Below, in pieces: positions 41,320 through 53,400 of a DNA stretch of 64,000 bases. This DNA comes from Octopus sinensis (Eukaryota), in contig NC_042998.1 of assembly GCF_006345805.1 (NCBI RefSeq), positions 67,394,001 to 67,458,000 of the forward strand, read 5' to 3'. Position 1 is the first letter of the stretch. The number at the start of each line of letters is the position of its first letter. The translations under genes were made by a program, and so were the position numbers. The notes beneath the pieces were generated by a model. That model made no database searches. It saw nothing but the letters and a program-made list of their open reading frames with translations, and was not told where the DNA came from.

Positions 41320-41698
41320 TTACATAATACATACATACATACATACATACATACATACATACATACATACATACATACATACGCACATGTACATACGGAA
41401 GCACTCGCGTACGATGGTGCGCACAAACACACGCAACAGACAAAAAGCTACGAAAGCTACGAACATTTTGGAAGACACAAAAACAAAAAAAAATATGATA
41501 ATAAATGAGTGGAAATTGAACTCTCCCAGACAGCAATAGAAATATACATATACGCATATACATATATTCATAGATAAATACATACATACATACATACATA
41601 CATACATACATACATACATACATACATACATACATACATACATACATACATGCATGCATACATACATACATACATACATACATACATACATACATACA

Positions 41699-41734
<36 letters not shown>

Positions 41735-41735
41735 T
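41320..41735 (+). repeat. Two (CATA)n arrays separated by about 190 bp of unique sequence
   Basis: Direct reading. Confidence 0.9.
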
Positions 41736-41786
41736 ATAGCCACTAAACCTTTTTTTAATTTTCTATCTCTGCTTATTTCTGTGTTC

Positions 41787-41822
41787 CTTTCTGATGAAGA
41801 GCATACGCTCGAAACGTAAAAG
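41787..41822 (+). ncRNA. Minimal type I hammerhead with intact core
   Basis: cttt CTGATGA a GAGC atac GCTC GAA ACGT A aaag. There is an extra A before stem II and a loopless ACGT stem III. Confidence 0.75.
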
Positions 41823-41929
41823 ACTTTCTCGCTACCCGAGCGTTAAACTAATACATCTGTTTGTTGGTTACACACCCGTCTTCGTCTTTTGTTTTGTTTT
41901 TTTGTGTTTTCGTTTGTAAATTCCAACTA

Positions 41930-42743
41930 TGTCCATGTCTGTAATTAATTTTACTGTTTACCTATATAATCGGCGGCTACGTATCCACAATTGTCCTTAT
42001 ACGATAAGTATATTTTTTTCTCTAGCTTTGATACGACTCTTAATCTGTCTCTTTTTCTCTCTCTCTCTCTCCTCCCTTATTCCACTTCCTTTCTTTCCCT
42101 CTCCATCCGTCTCCCCCCCCTTCTACGTTTCTCTATCTCTCTCACCTCCAGCCCCCTCGATCTGTCTCTTTCTTCTCCTCCCTCGTCCACCTTCTCTCCT
42201 TTTCATCTGTCCCTTTCTCCTGTCTTTTGTTCTCACGTGACAGCTAGCCGCTGTTGAGCGCTCTTTTCGTTTTCAGCAGCCGCAGAAGCAACACGTATTT
42301 GTTCGTCTCCCCGTGGCCTTTAGGCACAACTTCACAAGCCAGCCCCATACTCAAATCGTCCTGTCGAAAGACCCTTGTCCTACGTCCTGGTTTTGTTTTG
42401 TTGTTTATTTTTTTTTTACCGTTATTGTTTTTACGTTTTTGTATTCTTATTGGTGTCACGTATTCTGTATTTTGTTTGTGTACTTCGATCGTTTTCCGTC
42501 CTTTCGTTGTATACATTCGAAGCTTTCTTCCAGGGGATCTAATGCGCTTGGCTTAGATTTCCCTTGGCGGGCTGGCCATATCGGAGCAATCTCAAGATTA
42601 ATCAGCCGAAATTGCTAAGATGATCTGGTTCTTGACTGATGACTGAGGGCTTCGAATGTCCCGTCCTGTGGTTCTTGTGTCGTCTCTGTGGTGTTTCATG
42701 TTCTTGTCCATGTCTGTAATTAATTTTACTGTTTACCTATATA
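41930..42743 (+). mobile_element. 775-nt non-coding unit bounded by a perfect 39-bp direct repeat and carrying a permuted hammerhead
   Basis: tgtccatgtctgtaattaattttactgtttacctatata at 41930-41968 and 42705-42743. Confidence 0.7.
42585..42650 (+). ncRNA. Candidate non-circularly permuted hammerhead
   Basis: AGCAAT C TCAAGA ttaatcagcc GAA ATTGCT aagatgatctggt TCTTGA CTGATGA ctgagggc. Stems I and III are each a perfect 6 bp in register; stem II is ambiguous. Confidence 0.65.
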
Positions 42744-42755
42744 TATATATACATA

Positions 42756-42987
42756 TATTTCTTTATTGCCCACAAGGAGCTAAACATAGAGGGGACAAAC
42801 AAGGATAGACAAAGGGATTAAGTCGATTACATCGACCCCAGTGCGTAAATGGTACTTAATTTATCGACCCGAAAGGATGAAAGGCAAAGTCGACCAAGGC
42901 GGAAATGGAACTCGGAATGTAACGGCAGACGAAATACGGCTACGCATTTCGCCCGGCGTGTTAACGTCTCTGCCAGCTCGCCGCCTT
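42756..42987 (-). mobile_element. Full-length SINE (26765 family), with its 5' head duplicated at 43003-43022
   Basis: Reverse complement of head, core and tail; ttctgccagctcgccgcct occurs twice. Confidence 0.88.
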
Positions 42988-43042
42988 GTATATATATATA
43001 TATTTCTGCCAGCTCGCCGCCTATATATATCTATATATATAG

Positions 43043-43380
43043 GAGTTACCCCCTTCGGTCATGAATGACCATGGGATTGCACCTAGATAGTCACCCTCCG
43101 AGTCACAAGTCCGGGCAAATTTGTATATAGAAGACCAGTAGTCACCCATGCATACCAGCCTCCTCTCATCATGCCAATGATGTTGTTCAAGTTAAAGTCA
43201 AAGGGGCCGATACAGCTTGGCACCAGTGATGTCGCAACTCATTTCTACAGCTGAGTGAACTGGAGCAATGTGAAATAAAGTGTCTTGTTCAAGAACACAA
43301 CACACAGCCTGGTCCGGGAATCCAACTAACAACCTGACGTTCGTATGTTCGACGCCCTAACCACTGAGACATGTGCCTTC
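43043..43380 (-). mobile_element. Full-length SINE (24805 family)
   Basis: Reverse complement of 24805-25134 along its length. Confidence 0.85.
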
Positions 43381-43584
43381 ACGTGCACACAGACACACAC
43401 GCGCGCGTGTGTGTGTGTCTGTAATTAGAATGCTGGAAAGTAACACGCGAGTTGATGCGTATATATATATATATATATATAACACAGCACACATGAGAGG
43501 TTGTTCAATTAATCCGTTTTCGCTCTCTAGTGACAGATCGGTAGCCACTACGCACATTTTTCTCTCCTAGTTTCTTTCTATGTT

Positions 43585-43622
43585 TCTTTCTGTGGAAGAC
43601 CGTAGGCTCGAAACGTTAAAGA
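43585..43622 (+). ncRNA. Minimal hammerhead variant (core CUGUGGA, stem II partly broken)
   Basis: tcttt CTGTGGA a gacc gtag gctc GAA ACGT T aaaga. Confidence 0.55.
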
Positions 43623-43703
43623 CTTTTTCAATTCTCGAGCGTTATACTAATACATGTGTTTGTTTTCTTCACCACCTCTCCTCGTCTTTGGTTTTTTCGT
43701 GAA

Positions 43704-43752
<49 letters not shown>

Positions 43753-43899
43753 GGTTAAGTAATTGAGATTCTAGTGAATTCTAAAGAATTCACATAAATA
43801 TGGTCCTTAACTAGGATGCACCGGAAATCTATATGGTGTTAACCATACGACAAGTGGGGTGATTACAAATAGGAAAAAAGCAACAAGAATGGATTAAAA

Positions 43900-43987
43900 T
43901 CTCGGTACGATCGTTTCGTACGAGGACATCTTTAATAAGCTACAAAAAATGCAGTGAATACAGATGGCTCGTACTCGTCAGCCGAAA
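43900..43987 (-). ncRNA. Type I hammerhead, mirror copy in the left palindrome arm
   Basis: Exact reverse complement of 44114-44201. Confidence 0.85.
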
Positions 43988-44113
43988 AAACATCAGAGAT
44001 TTCCCAAACATCAAAAGGGGTAGATACAAAAGAGGTTGTAAGATTAGCTGCAGCTAATCTTACAACCTCTTTTGTATCTACCCCTTTTGATGTTTGGGAA
44101 ATCTCTGATGTTT

Positions 44114-44201
44114 TTTCGGCTGACGAGTACGAGCCATCTGTATTCACTGCATTTTTTGTAGCTTATTAAAGATGTCCTCGTACGAAACGATCGTACCGAG
44201 A
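44114..44201 (+). ncRNA. Intact type I hammerhead in the right palindrome arm
   Basis: TTTCGG CTGACGA GTACGAG [43 nt] CTCGTAC GAA ACGATCGT A CCGAGA. Stem II is 7 bp, extended by catct/agatg; GUA site at 44195. Confidence 0.88.
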
Positions 44202-44614
44202 TTTTAATCCATTCTTGTTGCTTTTTTCCTATATATATATATATATAAGAAACATGACTTTATATTCTGCTTCCTCCAAAGGATCATACCGTGTATTGTC
44301 TTTTGTACACCCTGATGGTTTCCATCCAAGTTATTTTAAATTGCGTAATTATAAATTTATATATATATTGTGTGTTTTAATTTTTTTTGTGAAATGAGAC
44401 AATTCTAGGTGAACATGTAAATTAATAAATGAATTTCTTTTCATTAGATATCTTTCTGTTTTCACACTTAATAATGATATTTGATATTTTACGATATCTT
44501 ATATAATATATTCATTGCAGAAATATCTCCTCAAAATACAATATACTAAAGCAGTGTATCTTGGATAAAAATATATCTAAGTATACATATATATGTATAT
44601 ATATATAATATATA

Positions 44615-44671
<57 letters not shown>

Positions 44672-44884
44672 GCATATATGGGCACAGGGCGTCACTAAAC
44701 AACATGAAATACAAAAAGAACATGAATTACTATATATATATATATATATATCTTAACGATCAGTTTGACTGGTTTCAAGTTTTACCATTTTGCAATGCAA
44801 ATTAAGTGTTGGAAAACTTTTAGTACGGAAAATTTTCTTAGTTCAAATGACGTATTATATCTATCCTTTATATTTCAGTAATTA

Positions 44885-45355
44885 GACGGCGGCTACGCTG
44901 GAGCACGGTCTTGAAGGGTGTGCTTGAAAAAGTCGATCCCCAGTACTAACCATTTTTTAAAGCCTGGTATATATATATTACCTGTTACTTTTAGGGAACT
45001 GCTCGTGTATAGGGGCCTAAAGCAACTAGATCAGGTTGTCGTGTGGTGTAGGAGAAACAGAAACGAAATGACATACTAATACACACACACACTCACACAC
45101 ATATAGCCATGCAAACATATATGTGTCTTACTAGATACACATGAATATCTAAGTACAAACATGTCTTACTTGATATACATGCATATGTATGTATATATGT
45201 ATGTATGTATATGACAGATATCTTTCAGTTTTCACATCCACTCACAAGGTTTTGGCCGGGCCGAGATTATATTAGAAGACACTTGCCCCATGTGCCACGA
45301 AGTGGGACTGAACCCAGGACCATGTGATTGAGAAGCAAGCCTTTTACCGCAGCAA
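44885..45355 (-). mobile_element. Degenerate CORE-like SINE with an internal microsatellite
   Basis: ccactcacaagg...gaagacacttgcccc...gtgggactgaaccc at the right end; gctggagcac...gatccccagtact tail at the left. Confidence 0.7.
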
Positions 45356-46929
45356 TTTCCACAAATCATACAAACTTTCAGCAGTTTTTAGTTAGCCTCT
45401 TTAGCTTCAACTGGCTTCATATCCTACCGGACCATTAAATCAAAATGGCAGTCTCCTCGTGGACTCTAGAAACACTAACATTTGCAAGAAAATCGAATTT
45501 ACATCACTCTCTACTGTCTTAAATCAGACACAGAGTTGCACAGAAAAATATATGAGTGCCTCTGTCTGTAAGCGTGTGCAGAAATGTGTGTATATACATC
45601 ACACACACACACATATATATATAGTTTATATATATATGTATAGTGGGAGAACACAATAAAATATGTGTATTTGCGTTGTCAATATATAGATTTAGCTCTC
45701 GTTAATATTAATAGTTTCACTACTCTCTTAACTTAGTTTTTAACTCATTCATAACACTATTAGTAATGATGTGTTAATCCATACTTCGACTACACCAGCA
45801 TGTATGTACATACACTCATTCGCATGCATACATACGTATATACGTACATACATATATATTTATGCATGTATATATACGTGTGTGTGTGTGCGTGTGTGTG
45901 TGCGTGTGTATGTGTGTGTTGTGTGTGTGCACATAACAAGCCCTGTGCATATTGATTTGAGATATTATTCTGTAAACAAAAGTAACTAATTACTTACAAT
46001 TTTGTGTTTACCATAGATTATATAAACATGTCTGAATCAAACTGCATACAAATAGATACATAACAGAAGCATATCCATTTCCTTACTGTGTTAAGTATCT
46101 ACGCATTGTATCTAATATCTCGTATCAATTCATGTTGATGTTCGCTGTGAGTGAACTTCTACATTCATGTTTGATTTAAAGGAATACTGACTTAAGTAAC
46201 ATGCCTTTTAACTGCTTCGTGTCCCTCCAGCAACAACAAGTAAATGTTATTTATATCTAATCACTATCATCATTAAAAAAACCAAAAAAAAAACCAGATG
46301 TCATACTAGATGAACTTTGCTTGAATATACGGAAGAACAATTAAGGTGAGAGCATATTTCACCATAGTTTTCCTGACCCGAGCAGCGTTGTCTTGAAGCT
46401 AAATGTTTGACATAACGAAACTAATAACTTCCTTTGTTACCAGCTCATCTAAGTCGAATTTATTTCTCTTTACGCAATTAACAAACAAAGTCCCATTTTG
46501 GGAACTAACAATTTATATTTAATTTAAATGATATTATAAAGCAGCTAGTGTTTCTTTTGTTATTACTCTTCACATTTACAATATTCTAGTATAGCATAAA
46601 ATATAAGCAATATCACAGGAGAAATATAGCGAAGAGCCCATAGGAACTAATAAACGTAAATATTTTAACCCATGTTAAAATATCAGGGTATATTACAGAA
46701 TATAGTGTTATACACATTATGCTTGACAAGGACTACAGGAATAACATTGAACTTAGGCACTGATTTGAATCGACCTGTGACTAAGGAGACACCACGTTTC
46801 AAAGAAGACACTTTTATAGTACGTCTTGCCGTCATAGCAAACATAAGGACAAGTAGGTTACGATAACCGAAAGCGGCGCTTGCATAAGTGTCATTACTGG
46901 AATATCTTCGATTATGGGGAAGCGTGGTG

Positions 46930-46982
46930 GCAGCGGTAGTGGCAGCAGTAGCAGCAGCGACGGTAGTATTAGTAGTAGTAGT

Positions 46983-47057
<75 letters not shown>

Positions 47058-47085
47058 CAGAAGCAGCAGGAGCAGCAGCAGGAGC

Positions 47086-47155
<70 letters not shown>
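46930..47155 (+). repeat. (AGT)n/(AGC)n triplet repeat
   Basis: Direct reading. Confidence 0.95.
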
Positions 47156-48120
47156 TGGTGTCATACGTGGTAACAGCGCATAGCTGCAACCACCACTTTT
47201 GGAGTAAGCACTGACAGGTATGTAAATGCGATGTTAACATTCATACGAAAATATAACAGATTGAAATAGTGTCATTAACTTCAGCAACTTCATATCAGAT
47301 ACATATCTAAACTGTTCTCTTTATTGAAAATATTATCATTTTCATTTATTTATATTTATCTGTTCCTTAACGTATTTCTACCGATTTCACCTGCGCCCAC
47401 ACAGTACAACATTTACGAAAACCAAACACACATACACACGAAAAGATAAGCTTTCCGTTACAATTTTGGTGAAAAATCTATCTCTGGTTCTTCAGTTTCT
47501 TCTTAATATTCGTCGCTATCATAATACGTTGAAATACTTGAAAACAGGGCCACAAACTATTGATTTAATGGTTTTTCCGACAAATTATAAATCACAGTTC
47601 TGAGCCTTTTAACTAATTCACCAGTGGATTTTGTCAGATTATGCAGACATATATTCTAGTTGCAATGGAGAAGCAAATGATATATCTGTATCGAGAGAAT
47701 ATCAAAATGGGTTGCAGAATGACCCTACGCTAAAAACCTATAAATCATCAACATGTTATATAACCCACCATGACAACATACTCTTAATTTGAGAATTATT
47801 ACTATACTATACTATCTATAAATACACACATATATACACACACATATAAGTGTTTATGTATGTTTGTTTTTAGGCGTGCATATAAGCTTGTATGTCAGCA
47901 TGTATGTACTTATGTCAATGGATATCGAAGGCAAGTGTAGCCGTGCGCACATAAGAACAGTTTGTGCCGTTATGTGTGTGTGTGTGTTTGAGAGAGAGAG
48001 AGAGAGTATATATAAAACTTTTATGAGGAAACGGTTGACAGTGATCTCAAAGTTTCAGATTCGAAATGCGATAAAAGCACCTCAGTTTAAACTTCGAAGT
48101 CACTTTTTCACTTGTGAAAC

Positions 48121-48233
48121 TACAATAATCCGTCGACTATCGCGGGTGTTACGTTCCAAAACCACCCGCGATAGGAAAAATCCTCGAAGTAGAAACAGTA
48201 CTGTACTGTATTTTATTATTATTATCATTATAA

Positions 48234-48314
<81 letters not shown>

Positions 48315-48424
48315 GTATATATTTATTTTATTAGAAATGCAAAACAAACACCTCGGAAGAATCGACGTAAGCTTAAATAAAAAACCGTAGTACGTGAACC
48401 GCTATATGACGAGGGATTACTGTA
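48121..48424. mobile_element. Tigger/pogo-like (Tc1/mariner superfamily) MITE with TA target duplication and internal (ATT)n expansion
   Basis: ta-caataatccgtcga ... acgagggattactg-ta; imperfect TIRs of the CAGTAATCCCTCG type. Confidence 0.75.
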
Positions 48425-49314
48425 TAACAAATGTGTACCTACCGGAAAAAAAAGAAGACGAACAATAAGAAATCCTTCGAGTTAAAGTGAAACTGTTTTT
48501 GTGCGTAAATTCCTTCACAAAAACGAAGATTATATGAGTATGTATACAACATAACGTAATGAGGAACTAATATAGAGTTTTGTCAGCACTAATTAAGATA
48601 TTATTTTATAAAGAAGCCAATGGAATTGAATTAAAATTTAGAATGGACACACGAGAATGTGTCTACGTATATGTCTGAGGGTGTGTATGTTTATGTAGAC
48701 TTGTGTTTCTGTCTCTGTTTAGTTCTGTATGATTTATATCACACAGAATTGCACAAAGTAAGGAGAAAAAGACATTGAATATTAAAGACAGATTTTTATC
48801 TTATACTATATGTTCAAGCTGAAATCTTCACTTAGTGATGCTACTCTATTCTGATGATACGATCATAGCATTTAATAGACTGAACTACCTATCTGAAAAC
48901 TTTACAAATGTGGAACATATAAACATTAAATTAACGTAACTACCTACAATGACCCTAGTCTTTTAGGCCATCTTGCTAAACGGTCTACATTGAAGACAGA
49001 GGACCAATCTTAAAGGCATTGCTTTACGTTTTGTAAACTCAGAACATATAAAGAAGGAGTAAAGTAATGTAATTATCCAGGCGTTATACTATACCAATGA
49101 CCACCACCAAGCGGTTAGTTCACATATATTGGAAATATTCATTTACCAGATAAACATATTGTTAAAGAAGATTTGGACTGGCTGTACCATGTAGCACGTA
49201 AACATACATAGCCATGTGGTCTAGCGTGCAACTAATCAATATATTACCCGGAAATATATTATTTAACCGAGAATATGAGTCAATGCAGAACACAGCATAT
49301 ATATATACGTACGG

Positions 49315-49345
<31 letters not shown>

Positions 49346-49362
49346 TATATATAATATATATA

Positions 49363-49397
<35 letters not shown>

Positions 49398-49603
49398 CAT
49401 ATACATATATATGTATAAATATATATACATTTATAGATATGTATCTATATATATGTGTATGTGTGTGCAAGTACATATATATATATAATGGAACGATGTT
49501 CCATGACTTTAACCAATAGTCCAAGATATTCGTTTGCCAACACCAGAATTGACCGCTATAATTAAAACTTAGAAATGATCGATGCAACTAATGGGTTTTA
49601 AAT

Positions 49604-49850
49604 TCATACCTCGCTGTCCCTCATCGACTTCTTGTGGTGCACTGACTGCTGACCACACTGGCAGTATTTGCAAACTGCCAATCAATGATAAGAATTACAT
49701 TACTTGGTTTCTTTTATTATTCTCCAAGCGTCGCGTCAAGCCTTAAACCGCCCCAAATTTCTCTAACACAAACGACGTCATCGTTTTGGCATATTCAATA
49801 TTAATAAGTCACAGCTAGTTGCATTGTGTTGTAAAGCCAATGCCATTGGT
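49604..49850 (-). promoter_or_regulatory. Possible promoter and short first exon (ATG AGG GAC AGC GAG|gtatga)
   Basis: ATG at 49624-49622, donor-like GTATGA at 49609-49604; CCAAT, GC-box and CRE-like motifs lie upstream. Confidence 0.22.
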
Positions 49851-51384
49851 CATTTCCCGTTGCTCATTAGTAATCTGGCGACAACATTCTCGTCTTGTGG
49901 GATTAAATATAATCCTGGAATATATGAGCATGTACTATTCCAGTAATGTAATAAATTGAAATGCCAGAGCTGCTAAAGTCAACAGTAATATTACAGTTTA
50001 TATACAAGAATTAATAATAGTGTGATTTACATTAAAATAAAGATGCAAACGCCATTCCTAATAATATCTGTCTATCCTCCAATGTTGGGTGTGTGAGTGA
50101 TCATATATATAACAGTTTGATCGATATATGAATGAAATCAATCCAGCAAAACGAGAAAGTAATACTAGACTATGTATTGATGTCTCTGACACTCTGATAG
50201 AAATATATAAAATAAACGCTGCTTCTATTGAAAATTGTGTGCGTGTGTGTGTGTGTGTGTTTGCGTACATGTGTAGGAAAGCATGTACCTATCTCTCACA
50301 CACACATTACATATATATGAAATCAGTTAGTTGTCAATAAGCTAAAAGACAAATTCACATAGCATTAGTAATAACGTGGTTATTTCTGTATGTCGTCAAT
50401 AAATTACTGGTTATTGCGCATAACTTATGAGAATATCACCATTGGATACGTTCTGATTATTTATACTTGAGCAATATTGCTGACCCTTTAGACATAATGG
50501 TCGGAAGCGTATGCCCGCTCTTATACTGAAGGTATAAACACACATATATATATAGGGTCCGTGTGACAAAGTGTTGGTAAAACGGAACGAAATGTATTTT
50601 TAAAATGTTATAGCATATTTCCGACTAAGAGGAATAGAAGTGTTATTTCTTATGGATTGGTGTAAACATGTGCTGAGTGTTTAAGCTGTGTAGGCCTATT
50701 GATTTCGTTCTCCTTTCAAAACTGGACATGAAAACGTTGCCAAACCGAATTTCAACTCATGAGGGGAACATCCAGAAATTAACCTTAATGAGAATTAGAA
50801 TGCTCCCAGATGTTTAAAATGATGGCTTTATATATACATATATATGGGAAGTTTATTTTGACTGGGGATCCTTAGTGCTTCCACCTACAGTTGTTTAGCA
50901 GGAAGAGAAAGATAGAGGGAGTGTTTACTAAGAATTATAAGGGAAAGTGAAGATTCCCTTAAAGGGGACAGAACTACTTCAGGGTTTATAATTTTTGATT
51001 ATTATGGGAGGTATTTTTCTTATGAGTAAGAGAGCATATGAGATAATATTTTCATGTAATGGTTTCTTTAAATGTTGTAGAGAATGCAGTTGTGGAAGAA
51101 TCTGTGTTGAAGGAAGGATTATCCATAGCTCGGAATCGGATTTTGTGTGTAAAAAAAGTGAATTATGTTAATTCAATATGCAGATCACACAATTCGTTTA
51201 ATACCGAGATCCTCATACCTGGAAATTGAGTGCTGAATTCATATATTTCGTCATCGTATTCACTGCGGTGTTTATTTTGACCATATCGCGCGAGGAGCTG
51301 TTAGGCGGGCAATTTAAACTGGTCGTATACATACGTGCATATATATGTATGTATAGACGTTCGTGTATGTAAGTATAACGTATG

Positions 51385-51439
<55 letters not shown>

Positions 51440-51452
51440 ATATATATATATA

Positions 51453-51495
<43 letters not shown>

Positions 51496-51796
51496 ATTTC
51501 TGTGCTATCTGATATATTCCACTGAAGAAGGCAGAGCGTCTCTTAGGCAAAGCCAGCAATCCAGGATCTAGAATTATCCAGTAAAACATTTTTTGCTAGT
51601 TTATTTTGCCTCTATGTCTACTCTCCTATCGCTATATGAACATTTAATGTGGCTTTAAGGTCAGGTTTTGACTGCTATTTCAGCACGGTGGTATCTCTCA
51701 GTTACCCTAATATATAGTTTTAAATAATTATTACATTTGTAAGGTTTTTATTCTCATGCTGACCACTTGATAAGATCGATATTTAAATGTCCTTAT

Positions 51797-51846
51797 TTAT
51801 AAATATATACATATATATATATATATATATATGTATTTATTCATAA

Positions 51847-51893
<47 letters not shown>

Positions 51894-51995
51894 GTATGTA
51901 TGTATGTGTGTATATATGTATATATATATATCTGTATGTATGTATATATATAATATATATATATGTATATGTATATATAAGTATATATGTATATA

Positions 51996-52054
<59 letters not shown>

Positions 52055-52071
52055 TATGTATTTATTCATAA

Positions 52072-52129
<58 letters not shown>

Positions 52130-52219
52130 GTGTGTATATATGTATATATATATATCTGTATGTATGTATATATATAATATATATATATGTATATGTATAT
52201 ATAAGTATATATGTATATA

Positions 52220-52288
<69 letters not shown>

Positions 52289-52373
52289 GTGTGCATATAT
52301 GTATATATATATTTGTATGTATGTATATATATAATATATATATATGTATATGTATATATAAGTATATATGTAC

Positions 52374-52423
<50 letters not shown>

Positions 52424-52480
52424 ATATATGCATGCATGTATGTATGTATGTATGTATGTATGTATGTATGTATGTATGTA
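51797..52480. repeat. Higher-order duplication of a compound TA/TATG microsatellite block
   Basis: Anchor ataagtatatatg at about 51977, 52201 and 52358; ttcataaatatatacat at about 51840 and 52065. Confidence 0.8.
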
Positions 52481-53059
52481 TGCAATATACTTTTTTCTGT
52501 ACATATGTTTGTTCATATACATTAACATTTATGTATAGATGCATAGTACAGGTGTATTTGAGTAGGTGTTTATGAGTATGTGCGTATGTATTTTTCGTGT
52601 ACGTGCGTGTGCGTGCGTGTGTTCTTAGATATGTAAATCTGTTTTTAATATAGGCCTAGAAAGCAGTTACTGCGATCCAATGATAATGAATTAAGATATA
52701 TTAATGTTCATAATCTGCTGCGTATAAACAGAGAAGAATTGTGAATTTACTATCTTAACAAGCAATCAGAAGTGTGAGGTTTCTTAATTGTGATGAGTTG
52801 GAACATTAGTTAATGGTTAGTGAATGTCAAATTAAATTGATAATTTGATACGATTGTAACACGACTGTCAATGTGTAAGGTAGAATGACAGTTTATTTCA
52901 TGAACGCTGATTCAATTCGATATCTGAGAGTGAATGCGGGAAGGATCTCATGCAAGGAATTTTAGTATGTTAGTACATTACAGAGATATTATGAGTAGAG
53001 ACGGTGTGCATGTGTATGTTGTAATAAATGCATTTAGCGCCTTTTTGTGTATATGCAAC

Positions 53060-53400
53060 TTTTATCTTTCGCTTCGGGACTATGGTCATGTCGGGGCATC
53101 GCTTTGATGGATTTAGCCAAACGAACAGAGCCTAGGATATATTTTTAAAGTCCGGTACATATTCTATCGTATCTTTGGCTGAAGTGCTAATGTTACGGGA
53201 ACATAAGCCAACAGCGGTAGTCAAAGAGTGATGGCGGATAAACAGAGCCAAACACTATAGATATATACGATATAGATATATACGATCATCTTGCCAACAA
53301 TTGCTGCGTACTGACTTCACTTACAAGGTATTTGTCGGAACTAGGATATTGTAGAAGACACTCGCGCATAATGCAGCGATGTGGTGTTGAACATAAAAGC
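53060..53400 (-). mobile_element. Highly degenerate CORE-like SINE
   Basis: ccggtacatattctatcg...gctaatgttacggg...cttacaagg...gtagaagacactcg. Confidence 0.5.

Larger units (their letters stand above)
43869..44232. repeat. Perfect 364-bp palindrome (182-bp arms, no spacer, centre 44050/44051)
   Basis: Checked block by block with no mismatch; centre agattagctg|cagctaatct. Confidence 0.97.

Noticed and set aside
43932-44169. Identical 71-aa ORFs on both strands
   Set aside because: Automatic consequence of the perfect palindrome; the sequence is better explained as a hammerhead-bearing repeat.
51528-51575. ctgaagaaggc...gcc
   Set aside because: No GAAA after the putative stem II and no stem I partner.
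51797-52575. Long YI/IY, CV/HT, poly-L, poly-S, poly-E/R ORFs here and throughout the window
   Set aside because: Translations of (TA)n, (CA)n, (AGT)n and (GAA)n microsatellites.
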